Source of the DNA: a virus | Lineage: Duplodnaviria > Caudoviricetes | IMG/VR virus record: IMGVR_UViG_3300011339_000331 | Location: 1 to 26,081 of that record | Length of the DNA: 26,081 bases | Reading direction: 5' to 3' (one strand) | Shown here: piece after piece, positions 16,701 to 24,229 of the stretch | How the letters are laid out: every line of letters begins with the position of its first letter | Position numbering within the stretch: position 1 is the first letter of the stretch | The notes under the pieces: model-generated | The model's database searches: none | Told to the model about the DNA's origin: nothing | What the model saw: the letters and a program-made list of their open reading frames with translations, nothing else | Program-made: the position numbers and the translations under genes

Positions 16701-17607
16701 GGGCTTCAAGGATCTGATGGTGCTCGACCGGGTCCAGATCCGGCAGCTGTGGGACGATGGCCGCTTTGGCGATCGCAACCTCTATGACGGGCGCAAGGTC
16801 GACGGCAAGCCCGTGGCCGGCTCGGCGCTGTCGGAGATCACCTACGGCGCACGCGGCCTGCTGATCTACGAGGCCATCGAGCGCGCTCTCGAGAAGCGCA
16901 TCGTCAACCTCTACACCTCGCTGGGCCGTCCAGAAGACGGCAGCGTCGGCCGCTACCACTGGGAGACGTGGGTCGCCGACAGCCAGCAGGAGGCCAGCCA
17001 CGGCACGCTGGACGCGATCCTGATGGACGCCAAGGGCAACACCGAGATGATCCCGCAGGTGACCGCCAACGACGGCGAATACGGGGCCTATGCCTACGGC
17101 GCGCGCTACGGTCGCGATGCGGACGGCCAGCCCTATTTCATGTACGGCCTGAACGGTGGCGACGAGTACCGCTTCACAGTCGGGGCTTTCCGCGAGTTCC
17201 TCGATGCCGTAAAATTACCCAAGAACGGCGTCGTCCCGACAAAGTTCAAAGTCACGGAAGCCGGCAATGCCCCTTGGTACGAACGACCCGAAGTCAACAG
17301 ACAAGCCCTCGACGAGCTCGCCCAGCGCTACGCCGGAGAGCCCGGCACGGGCGAAGGAGCGGGAACTGTTCCAACGGATGGCGCGGGTCAAGCAGTACCC
17401 GATAGCGCCGGACGAGGAGCCACAGGCCCCGACCCCTACAGCGCCGAAACGGTAATCATCAACAACCCTGCACTGACGATCATCGGAGCCGATGGCGAGA
17501 TGGTGTCAGCCGGTCGTGCGCTTACCGCAGCTGATGCGGAAATCGCTACGGCAAAGCAGGAATCGCAAGGCTACGATGCGGCTGTGGCCTGCGCCCTGAG
17601 AGGCTGA
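13774..17607 (+). CDS. Large ejection/polyvalent protein: N-terminal hydrophobic Ala/Gly region, HExxH metallopeptidase module, HhH-GPD glycosylase-like domain, short C-terminal helix
   Basis: 1277 aa; HEILH at 15388-15402 plus downstream EFWA (15637); GVGIDNK...VLDR at 16654-16731; C-terminal AVACALRG; sits inside the ejection gene cluster. Confidence 0.85.
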   Translation: MNLFSVGGTEQANQDSFARANPLKADDLKAGFFEGIPQAAALGAGAAVNNYARPMADAAKGIDSMFKTDMSGWLAKEQEKTQQASRDLTPNPATVGWLGQQVYGATNMIGSVAIGTIATGNPITGAAVGAAAMGNSAFNQAREDGLDFNTSVGMGGITAGSTFIGAFLPVTATTNMATGLLGKAMGAEVAGNAATAAALYTAAGATATIATNLPSKIAAAGAINTATGIPTRGATSALLEANGYADMAKQYEAFSMSEMISDFAVGSIFGLGIHGYQKWEQANQNKIPAAQMSDLDAVLALTNAAHIEIKTSPGIPTDPATREAHVAAINKALTDLAEGRPVDVGQAVTEGNFIEDPTAVQTRTDIVRVVEDHMGPEWEGLQADLAARGMPTDTNLYQVTRTPANQMSQVRPTMEVNRIIERGKAEGWDTERMITELETLKGKLEQRNEAQLEARTGDRVRGELWVRERLLRAERNGELPPEAVRLANWLIDQNPNLVADIGLSFKKSGDVQGEAGGYNPLARIVTLIKGRANDETVIHEILHHAERMMPEGVQKAIQAEWFKELRAVTQMATRTQNQTLMKATDDALRAANGDERAFRNLAEAIANGEADDRFYALANPSEFWAVNGSRILRERASEGWVQQAKQWLAEFIEKVKATFGLRSDAAVIRGLNDVLKSDGAFLNDNLLADAAVPRMKQVTRDSVERPGRDTAQENLNGFEPDLRVRVPMGKIELPAKPLVLTGTNKKNAARQIAGIDETLAKFPDADTSPLEWSKMMAYAMATDDVPVPPYRFLKDINSDGAFRSLSRLSAGQIADAKHGFENAQAFRDAYVNKELDVETTGKLFMWSFLSRGVSPYTQEGLFIDGFKGAGDWIKKAADGNLTEADFPAYKAWAKSVAPQGSGQPGSGATHNLNAFGKLFLFKMGQKDENGVSLLQKMHTLMEDPEVTGQQIRRWFIENTEGVGIDNKVVSFTLLVAGFKDLMVLDRVQIRQLWDDGRFGDRNLYDGRKVDGKPVAGSALSEITYGARGLLIYEAIERALEKRIVNLYTSLGRPEDGSVGRYHWETWVADSQQEASHGTLDAILMDAKGNTEMIPQVTANDGEYGAYAYGARYGRDADGQPYFMYGLNGGDEYRFTVGAFREFLDAVKLPKNGVVPTKFKVTEAGNAPWYERPEVNRQALDELAQRYAGEPGTGEGAGTVPTDGAGQAVPDSAGRGATGPDPYSAETVIINNPALTIIGADGEMVSAGRALTAADAEIATAKQESQGYDAAVACALRG
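17187..17260 (+). promoter_or_regulatory. Putative gene-internal promoter and RBS for the nested ORF
   Basis: TAAAAT at 17210-17215, formed by rare codons GTA AAA TTA; weak -35 TTTCCG (17187-17192) at 17-bp spacing; GGAAG at 17256-17260, 6 nt before ATG 17267. Confidence 0.4.
17267..17455 (+). CDS. Putative nested (+1 frame) 62-aa protein overprinted in the ejection gene
   Basis: ATG with RBS and upstream -10. Over 17332-17452 the host frame falls to 22/40 G/C-ending codons while the nested frame has 32/40 (hand count). The host frame is a low-complexity linker here. Confidence 0.45.
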   Translation: MPLGTNDPKSTDKPSTSSPSATPESPARAKERELFQRMARVKQYPIAPDEEPQAPTPTAPKR

Positions 17608-17608
17608 C

Positions 17609-20266
17609 ATGAAAGACAAATGCGTTGCCGCCGGCGCCCAGGCCATTGGCCGCGACATCACCACGCAGGAAGCCCAAGGCCTCGAGGACCGCATCCTCAA
17701 GAACATGCGCTTCGAGGCGTCCAAGGATCCGGCGGCGTTTCGTGCGCTGTCGTCCGATGAGCGTCTCAAGCTGGGCGCAAGCCTGGCAGCCGACGAGCTG
17801 ATCAAGGAGGCCGACCTCAAGAAGCGCCGCATCGTCATGACCATCCAGGCGCATGACCGCATCGAGGGCTTTTTGGGCGAGGCACGCGCTGCCGGCATGG
17901 AAGACCTGGACGCCCTCAAGCGCACCCTGGTGTTCGTCGCCGACGGCAAGAGCAACACCATGTCGGTCGAGAGCCGGGGCACAGCCATCCGCAACGATGC
18001 CGTGCGCCAGCTGGTGGACACCTTCGAGGCTGTCGATCCGCGCTTCTGGGGCCTGTTCGAGAGCCCCGAGGGCGTCAAGATGCTGACCCGCGCGATCTTC
18101 GGCGAGAAGACCGGCAACGCCCAGGTCGACAAGGGCGCGCAAGCCTGGCTCGACGTGGCCGCTCAGATGCGCGACGCCTTCAACAAGGCGGGCGGCAAGA
18201 TCGGCCTGCTGGAGAACTGGTCGCTGCCGCAGCACCACAGCCAGGCCAAGGTCAACAAGGCCGGCGCTGACACCTGGATCCAGGACACCCTGCCCAAGCT
18301 GAACCGCGAGAAATACGTCAACGACGACGGCACGCGCATGAACGACCAGCAGCTCGAGGAAGTGCTGCGCAATGCCTGGCTGACGCTGGCGACCGGTGGC
18401 ATCAACCAGATCACGCCTGGCGCACCTGGCGGCGGCATGCTGGCAAACCGGCGCGCTGCGCACCGCGAGCTGCACTTCACTGACGCCGACGGCTACCTGG
18501 CCTACCAGGAAAAGTACGGCGACAAGTCGCTGTGGGGTGTGATCACCGGCCACATCGAGGGGCTCTCCAAGGAGATCTCGATGCTGGAAACCTACGGCCC
18601 GAACCCCGACGCGACCTTCAACCTGTTCCTCGAAAAGAGCGTGCAGAAGCAGGCGATCAACGACCCGGCCTCCACCGAGGCAGCCCAGCAGGAAGCCCGT
18701 CGGCTGTCCTCGCTCTACGACTACACCACCGGCAAGACCACGCCGATCGTCAATGAGAACCTGGCTCAGACCTTTGACACGCTGCGCAACTGGCTGGTGT
18801 CCTCTCGCCTGGGCTCGGCCGTCATCACGTCGCTGACCGACGAGGCGACACTGCACCTGACCGCGCAGGTCAATAACCTGCCCGAGGTCCAGTTGATCCG
18901 AAACGAGCTGGCGGCTCTGAACATCGCCAACAAGACCGAGGAGAACCTGGCGCACCGCGCAGGACTTGGCCTCGACACCATGCTCAACCACCTGAACCGG
19001 TGGGGCGCTGACAATCTGGGCCCGACGTTCTCGTCAAAGATGGCGAACACCGTCATGCGGGTGTCAGGCATGGAAGCCCTCGACGGGGCCCGGCGTCGCG
19101 CGTTCGGCGTGACCATGATGTCGTCGCTGGGCGAGGTGGTCGGCAAGTACGACAGCCTGGGCAAGCTCGATGCAGACGACAACCGGATCCTGCTGTCCAA
19201 GGGCATCACCGAGACGGATTACCAGATCTGGCGCTCGGCCCAGCTTGAGAAGTGGGGCGCTGGCAATGGCGTGCTGACACCCGAGTCGATCATGCGCATC
19301 CCCGAGGCCGCGATCTACGAGGCATCCAAGGGCCGCATCGCCGAGCTGCAAGCCGAGCAGCAGGCCAAGATCGACGGCATCAATCAGATGTCGGCCATGA
19401 CGCCCGAGGCCAAGGCCGCATCCATCGCCGACTGGTCCAAGGTCTACGGCGAGCAGATCGCCAACGTCACCGACACAGCCCGCCGCAATGCGGTGCTGCG
19501 CCTGCTGGCTGTGGTGCAGGAAGAAACCGACATGGCCGTCATCCGGCCAGGCGCGGCCGACAAGTTTCTGACCGGTGCCGGCATGGAGCGCGGCACCTGG
19601 AAGGGTGAACTGACCCGCTCGTTCTTCCAGTTTAAAGCCTTCCCCCTGGCGATGATCTCCCGGCACTTCATGCGCGGCATGAGCATGGAGACGGCTGGCG
19701 GCAAAGCGCTTTACCTGGGCAGCCTGATCGCCGGCACCACCATCCTGGGCGCTGTGTCGCAGTCCGTGAATGACCTGCTGTCCGGCAAGGATCTGCGCAA
19801 CTACAACCCGTTTGAGGGTGAGCACGGGGCCAAGAACTGGATGGCCGCGTTTTTGAAGGGCGGCTCGCTGGGCCTTTACGGCGACTTCCTGTTCTCCGGT
19901 GCAACCCAGCACAACCAGGCGGGCCCGATCGCCGCGGCGCTGGGCCCTGTGGCCGGCCTCGTCGAGGAAGCCTTCAAGATCACCCAGGGCAACATCGTCC
20001 AAGCCATGCAGGGCAAGGACACGAACTTCGGCGCGGAGGCCGTGCGCTTCGTCAAGGGAAACACGCCAGGGGCCAACCTCTGGTACGCCAAGGCGGCGCT
20101 CGACCACATCATCTTCCACCAGCTGCAAGAGTATTTCAGCCCAGGCTACCTCGCGCAGATGCAGCGCCGGGCTCAGAACGAGTTCGGCCAGCAGTTCTGG
20201 TGGACGCCAGGCACCGGCACGGAAGGCATGCGAGCCCCAGATCTGGGCCGGGCTGTCGGCCAGTAA
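17609..20266 (+). CDS. Large ejection/internal virion protein (last of the cluster; C-terminal membrane-inserting region)
   Basis: 885 aa; LPQ-x-H, R-x-LHF, GPNP, GT-x-x-GE-x-x-R-x-x-x-QFK-x-FP, GG-x-LG-x-YGDFLF and P-x-x-NLWY motifs typical of this podovirus group. Confidence 0.85.
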   Translation: MKDKCVAAGAQAIGRDITTQEAQGLEDRILKNMRFEASKDPAAFRALSSDERLKLGASLAADELIKEADLKKRRIVMTIQAHDRIEGFLGEARAAGMEDLDALKRTLVFVADGKSNTMSVESRGTAIRNDAVRQLVDTFEAVDPRFWGLFESPEGVKMLTRAIFGEKTGNAQVDKGAQAWLDVAAQMRDAFNKAGGKIGLLENWSLPQHHSQAKVNKAGADTWIQDTLPKLNREKYVNDDGTRMNDQQLEEVLRNAWLTLATGGINQITPGAPGGGMLANRRAAHRELHFTDADGYLAYQEKYGDKSLWGVITGHIEGLSKEISMLETYGPNPDATFNLFLEKSVQKQAINDPASTEAAQQEARRLSSLYDYTTGKTTPIVNENLAQTFDTLRNWLVSSRLGSAVITSLTDEATLHLTAQVNNLPEVQLIRNELAALNIANKTEENLAHRAGLGLDTMLNHLNRWGADNLGPTFSSKMANTVMRVSGMEALDGARRRAFGVTMMSSLGEVVGKYDSLGKLDADDNRILLSKGITETDYQIWRSAQLEKWGAGNGVLTPESIMRIPEAAIYEASKGRIAELQAEQQAKIDGINQMSAMTPEAKAASIADWSKVYGEQIANVTDTARRNAVLRLLAVVQEETDMAVIRPGAADKFLTGAGMERGTWKGELTRSFFQFKAFPLAMISRHFMRGMSMETAGGKALYLGSLIAGTTILGAVSQSVNDLLSGKDLRNYNPFEGEHGAKNWMAAFLKGGSLGLYGDFLFSGATQHNQAGPIAAALGPVAGLVEEAFKITQGNIVQAMQGKDTNFGAEAVRFVKGNTPGANLWYAKAALDHIIFHQLQEYFSPGYLAQMQRRAQNEFGQQFWWTPGTGTEGMRAPDLGRAVGQ

Positions 20267-20297
20267 GGTGTTGTGAAATCACAACGCCTGCTTTTTT
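20266..20297 (+). terminator. Rho-independent terminator whose stem contains an operator-like palindrome
   Basis: AGGTGTTGTG-AAAT-CACAACGCCT followed by GCTTTTTT. Confidence 0.75.
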
Positions 20298-20299
20298 GT

Positions 20300-20327
20300 G
20301 GTGTGAAAACCACATCATTGATAGAAT
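20300..20327 (+). promoter_or_regulatory. Tailspike promoter: operator-like palindrome plus extended -10
   Basis: GGTGTGAAAACCACATC (20300-20316); TGaTAGAAT (20319-20327). Confidence 0.6.
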
Positions 20328-20353
20328 CCCACCAACGAATTTAGAGGCCATCC

Positions 20354-23300
20354 ATGACCGTCCCAACAAGCACCGCCAAGTCCGGCCCTTATGCGGGCTC
20401 GGGCACGACTGGACCCTTCACCGTCGGATTTCGATTTCTGGAGAATTCACACCTTCAGGTCATCCGCACCTCCAGCACGGGCGTCGACACGACCCTGGCG
20501 CTGACCACTGACTACACCGTGTCTGGCGCTGGAGGCGCTTCTGGTTCCGTCACCCTGGTGGCAGCCTTGGCCGTCGGCCAGCAGCTGACCATTATCCGCA
20601 ACGTGCCATTCACCCAGGATGCCGACTACGTCCAGAACGACGCCTTCCCGGCCGAGTCGCATGAGCGCTCGCTGGACAAGCTGACCATGCAGACGCAGCA
20701 GCTGCTCGAGGCCGTGGACCGCGCGGCCAAGCTGCCTGTCACCAGCACAGCCGACTCCGAGGAGCTGGCCGCAGACATCACGCTGCTGGCGAACAACATC
20801 ACCAACCTGACTGCCGTCTATAGCGCGATCCCAGCGATCACGACCGTGGCCAACGATCTGAACGAGCCGGTGTCCGAGATCAACACGGTGGCGACCTCGA
20901 TCGCCAACGTCGACGCGGTGGGCACGAACATCTCCAACGTGAACACGGTGGCCGGTGTCTCTGCCGCAGTCAGCACCGTGGCGACCAACATTGCCTCAGT
21001 AAACAGCGCGGCTTCCAACATGGCCGCGATCATCGACGCACCTGCGCAGGCAGCTTCTGCTGCGGCATCGGCTGCTGCCTCTGCCGCCTCTGCTGCCTCT
21101 GGCCTGTACAGCGCCGTGCAGGCTACAAGCGCCGACTACACCGTCGTGGCTGGCGATGCTGGCGACCTGATCCGTGTGACCACCACAGGCGGCGCGCGCA
21201 CGATCACCCTGCCTGCGATCTCGTCGGTGTCCGACGGCTTTAAGGTGGCGATCGTCAAGTGGACGGGCGACGCCAACGCGGTGACAGTGGCCCGCTCTGG
21301 CTCCGACACGATCAACGGAGCAACCAGTTTTGCGCTTGGGACGCAGTACTCCAGCGCGATCTTTGTTGCTGATTTTGAGACGTCTCAATGGTTCGCCTCG
21401 GCTTCTGGCTTTGGCACGACCAGCGTGGTGGTAGACCGTTTCAGCGGCAATGGCTCGACAGTCGGGTTCACGCTGACTGGAGATCCAGGCACGGTGAACA
21501 ACACATCGGTGTTCGTTGGTGGTGTCTACCAGCAGAAGAACACGTATTCGGTTTCGGGTGTAACGCTCACGTTCAGTTCGGCACCTCCGTCTGGCACAGG
21601 TAACGTCGAGGTGGTTTGGACGCAGCCTTTGGCGATCGGCGCGACAACTTCTGATCTCGTGAAGTACGCACCAGCAGGCACAGGATCAGTCGCCACCACA
21701 GTGCAAGCTAAGCTGCGGGAGAGTGTGAGTCCTGAAGATTTTGGAGCAGACCCTAGCGGCGCAACAGATAGCGCGGCAGCTTTTACACAGGCGCTTGCAG
21801 CATCCAAAGAAGTAAAAGGCACTCCCGGTGCCGTCTACTTAATTGCGTCAACTGTTACTGTAACCAGCGATAAAACTCTTACAGCAAATGGAGCTTCGTT
21901 TAAAGGTTCATTGGGAGTAACGTGCTTTCGTCTAACTGGGAATAACAACACGTTTCAAGGATGGAAAGTCGCGGCTGAGAGCGCCTTGTATTTCATACGT
22001 AACGACGGTCAGCGAAATTCTTTCCAGAACAACACATTCAGCGGGAACGTGGGCCACTACATCTTTTCGCCAGGTGCGCTCTACACGAAAGTTATCGGAA
22101 ACGCTTTTGAGTGTGAGTCGGACACCGACGTGACGACGTGCGTGGTTTTTGAAACCTGCCAACACTTCGTATTCAGCGGCAACTCATCCAACGGCGTGCC
22201 GATTGGGTGGACGGTACAGGTGCGCAGTTCCTCACAAAGCGGCGTCATCACAGGAAACACGTTCCGACAATTCATCTGGCAGGACACCAAGACCGCCACT
22301 GCAGGGCAAACGGTTTTTAACTTCACCCTGGGCTCGGTGGTGAATTTCAAGGGCATCCAAGTTAACGGCAAGCCCGTGACGCAGGGCTACACCATCACCG
22401 GCACTGGGCCCAGCTACACCGCCACGTTTGCAGCCGGGCGCACTGCTGGCGAATCCATCAAGCTGGTCGGCTACCGGGGCGCGGAGAACGTGCAGTTGAA
22501 TACGTCTGCGTTTGACATCACGGTAGCCAACAACGTCATCAACGGTACGGGAGACTCTGGAATTGTCTGTCTTGCGGACCGCGTGACGATTACCGGCAAC
22601 ATCGTCAAGAACGCGGCCTACTGTGGCATTGCGCTGTACGGCGGTCAGAACAACATCACGGTTAGCGGTAACGTCATCAGCGACTGTTCGCAACTGGATG
22701 ATGGTCTTGCCAGCCCCGAAAACCCTGGGCTGGCATCCACGTTCAACGGCGGCATCATGGTCAGCGGTTCTCAGATCGCCGTCACTGGCAATGTGATCGT
22801 CAACGACTCCGGGACGATGGCTTATGGCATCCGCGTCAACACAGTGGACAACGTGGAGGACGGCAGCTCGGACAAAGCGATCAAGATCGGCAACAACGTC
22901 TTCCGAGGTTCGTTCTCGGCCGGCAAGGTGTGGATGCCCCAAGACACCTTTGGAAAGCGGATCGCCTCGGTAACGATCACAGATGGCCTGATCACGCAGT
23001 ACCCCGGAAAAATTGCCATGGATGCTGCTTGGGTGAACGTCCCGACAAGCAACGATTACTGGACGAATTCAGGTTTCGGCGGGACGTATTCCGTGCGCGA
23101 TACGGCGACAAAGCTAGGCGGAGTAGCTTCATTGCGTACCGTCGCCGGTGAGTACGTTGACTTTGCTCCGACCGCCAAGGGGATGTTCAAAAATTGCATT
23201 GTAAAGATCAATTTCTGGGCAAAGAACAACAGCGGGTCGTCGTACTGCTCAGTCTTCTCTGTGCTTTCCGGGCTTAATGCTGCGGTCACGGTGAACATCA

Positions 23301-23437
23301 CGGACACAAACTGGCGTGAGTACACGCTGATGGTTCCTCTTACAGAGAACTTGACTGAGTTGGGCTTGATTCGATTTGGGGCCAATAGTGGAAACGCAAA
23401 CATCCAGCATATTGATGTATCGATGATCCGTATCTAA
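20354..23437 (+). CDS. Tail fibre/tailspike with a right-handed beta-helix (pectin lyase-like depolymerase)
   Basis: T7 gp17-like N-terminal anchor (Y-x-G-x-G...F...L-x-x-x-TDYTV...HE-x-x-LDKLTM), stalk repeats, V-x-x-KLRE-x-VS-x-x-DFGA junction, many I/V-x-GN repeats and a C-terminal beta-sandwich. Confidence 0.9.
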   Translation: MTVPTSTAKSGPYAGSGTTGPFTVGFRFLENSHLQVIRTSSTGVDTTLALTTDYTVSGAGGASGSVTLVAALAVGQQLTIIRNVPFTQDADYVQNDAFPAESHERSLDKLTMQTQQLLEAVDRAAKLPVTSTADSEELAADITLLANNITNLTAVYSAIPAITTVANDLNEPVSEINTVATSIANVDAVGTNISNVNTVAGVSAAVSTVATNIASVNSAASNMAAIIDAPAQAASAAASAAASAASAASGLYSAVQATSADYTVVAGDAGDLIRVTTTGGARTITLPAISSVSDGFKVAIVKWTGDANAVTVARSGSDTINGATSFALGTQYSSAIFVADFETSQWFASASGFGTTSVVVDRFSGNGSTVGFTLTGDPGTVNNTSVFVGGVYQQKNTYSVSGVTLTFSSAPPSGTGNVEVVWTQPLAIGATTSDLVKYAPAGTGSVATTVQAKLRESVSPEDFGADPSGATDSAAAFTQALAASKEVKGTPGAVYLIASTVTVTSDKTLTANGASFKGSLGVTCFRLTGNNNTFQGWKVAAESALYFIRNDGQRNSFQNNTFSGNVGHYIFSPGALYTKVIGNAFECESDTDVTTCVVFETCQHFVFSGNSSNGVPIGWTVQVRSSSQSGVITGNTFRQFIWQDTKTATAGQTVFNFTLGSVVNFKGIQVNGKPVTQGYTITGTGPSYTATFAAGRTAGESIKLVGYRGAENVQLNTSAFDITVANNVINGTGDSGIVCLADRVTITGNIVKNAAYCGIALYGGQNNITVSGNVISDCSQLDDGLASPENPGLASTFNGGIMVSGSQIAVTGNVIVNDSGTMAYGIRVNTVDNVEDGSSDKAIKIGNNVFRGSFSAGKVWMPQDTFGKRIASVTITDGLITQYPGKIAMDAAWVNVPTSNDYWTNSGFGGTYSVRDTATKLGGVASLRTVAGEYVDFAPTAKGMFKNCIVKINFWAKNNSGSSYCSVFSVLSGLNAAVTVNITDTNWREYTLMVPLTENLTELGLIRFGANSGNANIQHIDVSMIRI
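20790..21035 (+). repeat. Approximately 10-residue periodic stalk repeat in the tailspike (I-x-x-V-x-T-V-A-x-N)
   Basis: INTVATSIAN / VDAVGTNISN / VNTVAGVSAA / VSTVATNIAS / VNSAASNMAA; boundaries approximate. Confidence 0.7.
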
Positions 23438-23489
23438 ACGTGTAATTCAGCCAGTGCGTAGTATTTAAAACAGTAACATACAGGCAAAG

Positions 23490-23729
23490 ATGACCCCAAT
23501 AGAACGCGCCGAATTCATCGCAGACGTGGCGGCTGCAATCCAGATCGCCCCACCTGCTTTGACTGACGACGAGCAGCGCTGGGTTCGCATGGCGATACAG
23601 CGTGAGGCTCAGTCGATCGAGCTGCGCCGGGCCATCATCGAGAAAACTTTAAGCGGTCTGGTGTGGTCGATGCTGATCGCGGTCGGCTACCTTATCGCAG
23701 ACTTTTTCAGAAACCACGGCTTTAAATGA
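23490..23729 (+). CDS. Small membrane protein with one C-terminal TM helix (holin-like or lysis accessory)
   Basis: 79 aa; hydrophobic LSGLVWSMLIAVGYLIA; first gene of the lysis cluster. Confidence 0.65.
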   Translation: MTPIERAEFIADVAAAIQIAPPALTDDEQRWVRMAIQREAQSIELRRAIIEKTLSGLVWSMLIAVGYLIADFFRNHGFK

Positions 23730-24220
23730 TCGACCCCATCACCGCCCTGGCCGCTGTCACAACTGCCGTCAATCTGGTCAAGAAGGCCGTCAAGACAGTT
23801 GAGGATGTGCGCAGCCTTGGGCCTGTGCTGGGCAAGTATTTCGACGCCAAGGCCGATGCGGTGAAGGTGCTGGAGGAGGCCAGCAAAGGCGGCTTTGGCG
23901 GCTCCAATATGGGCAAGGCCGTCGAGCTCGAGCTGGCTGTCGAGAGTGCTCGCCAGTTCGAGGAGCAGGTCAAAAGCCTATTCTTTCCGAACAACATGGA
24001 TGTTTGGGAGAAGATCGTCAATCGTCGCAAGCAGATGGACGAGGACGACAAGGCGCAACGGCGACGCGCGACAGATGCCGCAATTCAGCTGCGCAAGAAA
24101 CGCCGAGAAGCCCTCGAATTTTGGACTGCCATCACGCTGGCGGTAATTGTGTTTGTGGTGCTGATGTGGATCGGCATCGAGGTGCTGATGTATTGCAAAT
24201 CCGCCAGGTGCGGTAACTGA
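23726..24220 (+). CDS. Hypothetical coiled-coil protein with a C-terminal TM helix
   Basis: Overlaps the previous stop; MIDPIT start; charged helix followed by FWTAITLAVIVFVVLMWIGI. Confidence 0.75.
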   Translation: MIDPITALAAVTTAVNLVKKAVKTVEDVRSLGPVLGKYFDAKADAVKVLEEASKGGFGGSNMGKAVELELAVESARQFEEQVKSLFFPNNMDVWEKIVNRRKQMDEDDKAQRRRATDAAIQLRKKRREALEFWTAITLAVIVFVVLMWIGIEVLMYCKSARCGN

Positions 24221-24229
24221 GGACACAAC

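Noticed and set aside
13855-17001. 1048-aa minus-strand ORF (likewise 1574-3121, 11937-13352, 17546-18991, 19064-20128)
   Set aside because: Antisense shadows of GC3-biased + strand genes; no motifs, and the composition is typical of reverse-complement codons.
16968-17405. 145-aa alternative-frame ORF near the nested gene
   Set aside because: Arg-rich off-frame artefact without RBS support; 17267-17455 has the better signals.
1528-20316. Palindromes as CRP/FNR sites or CRISPR repeats
   Set aside because: Half-site spacing is 2-3 bp rather than the 6 bp of CRP, the half-site is not FNR's TTGAT, and the copies are dispersed without spacers.
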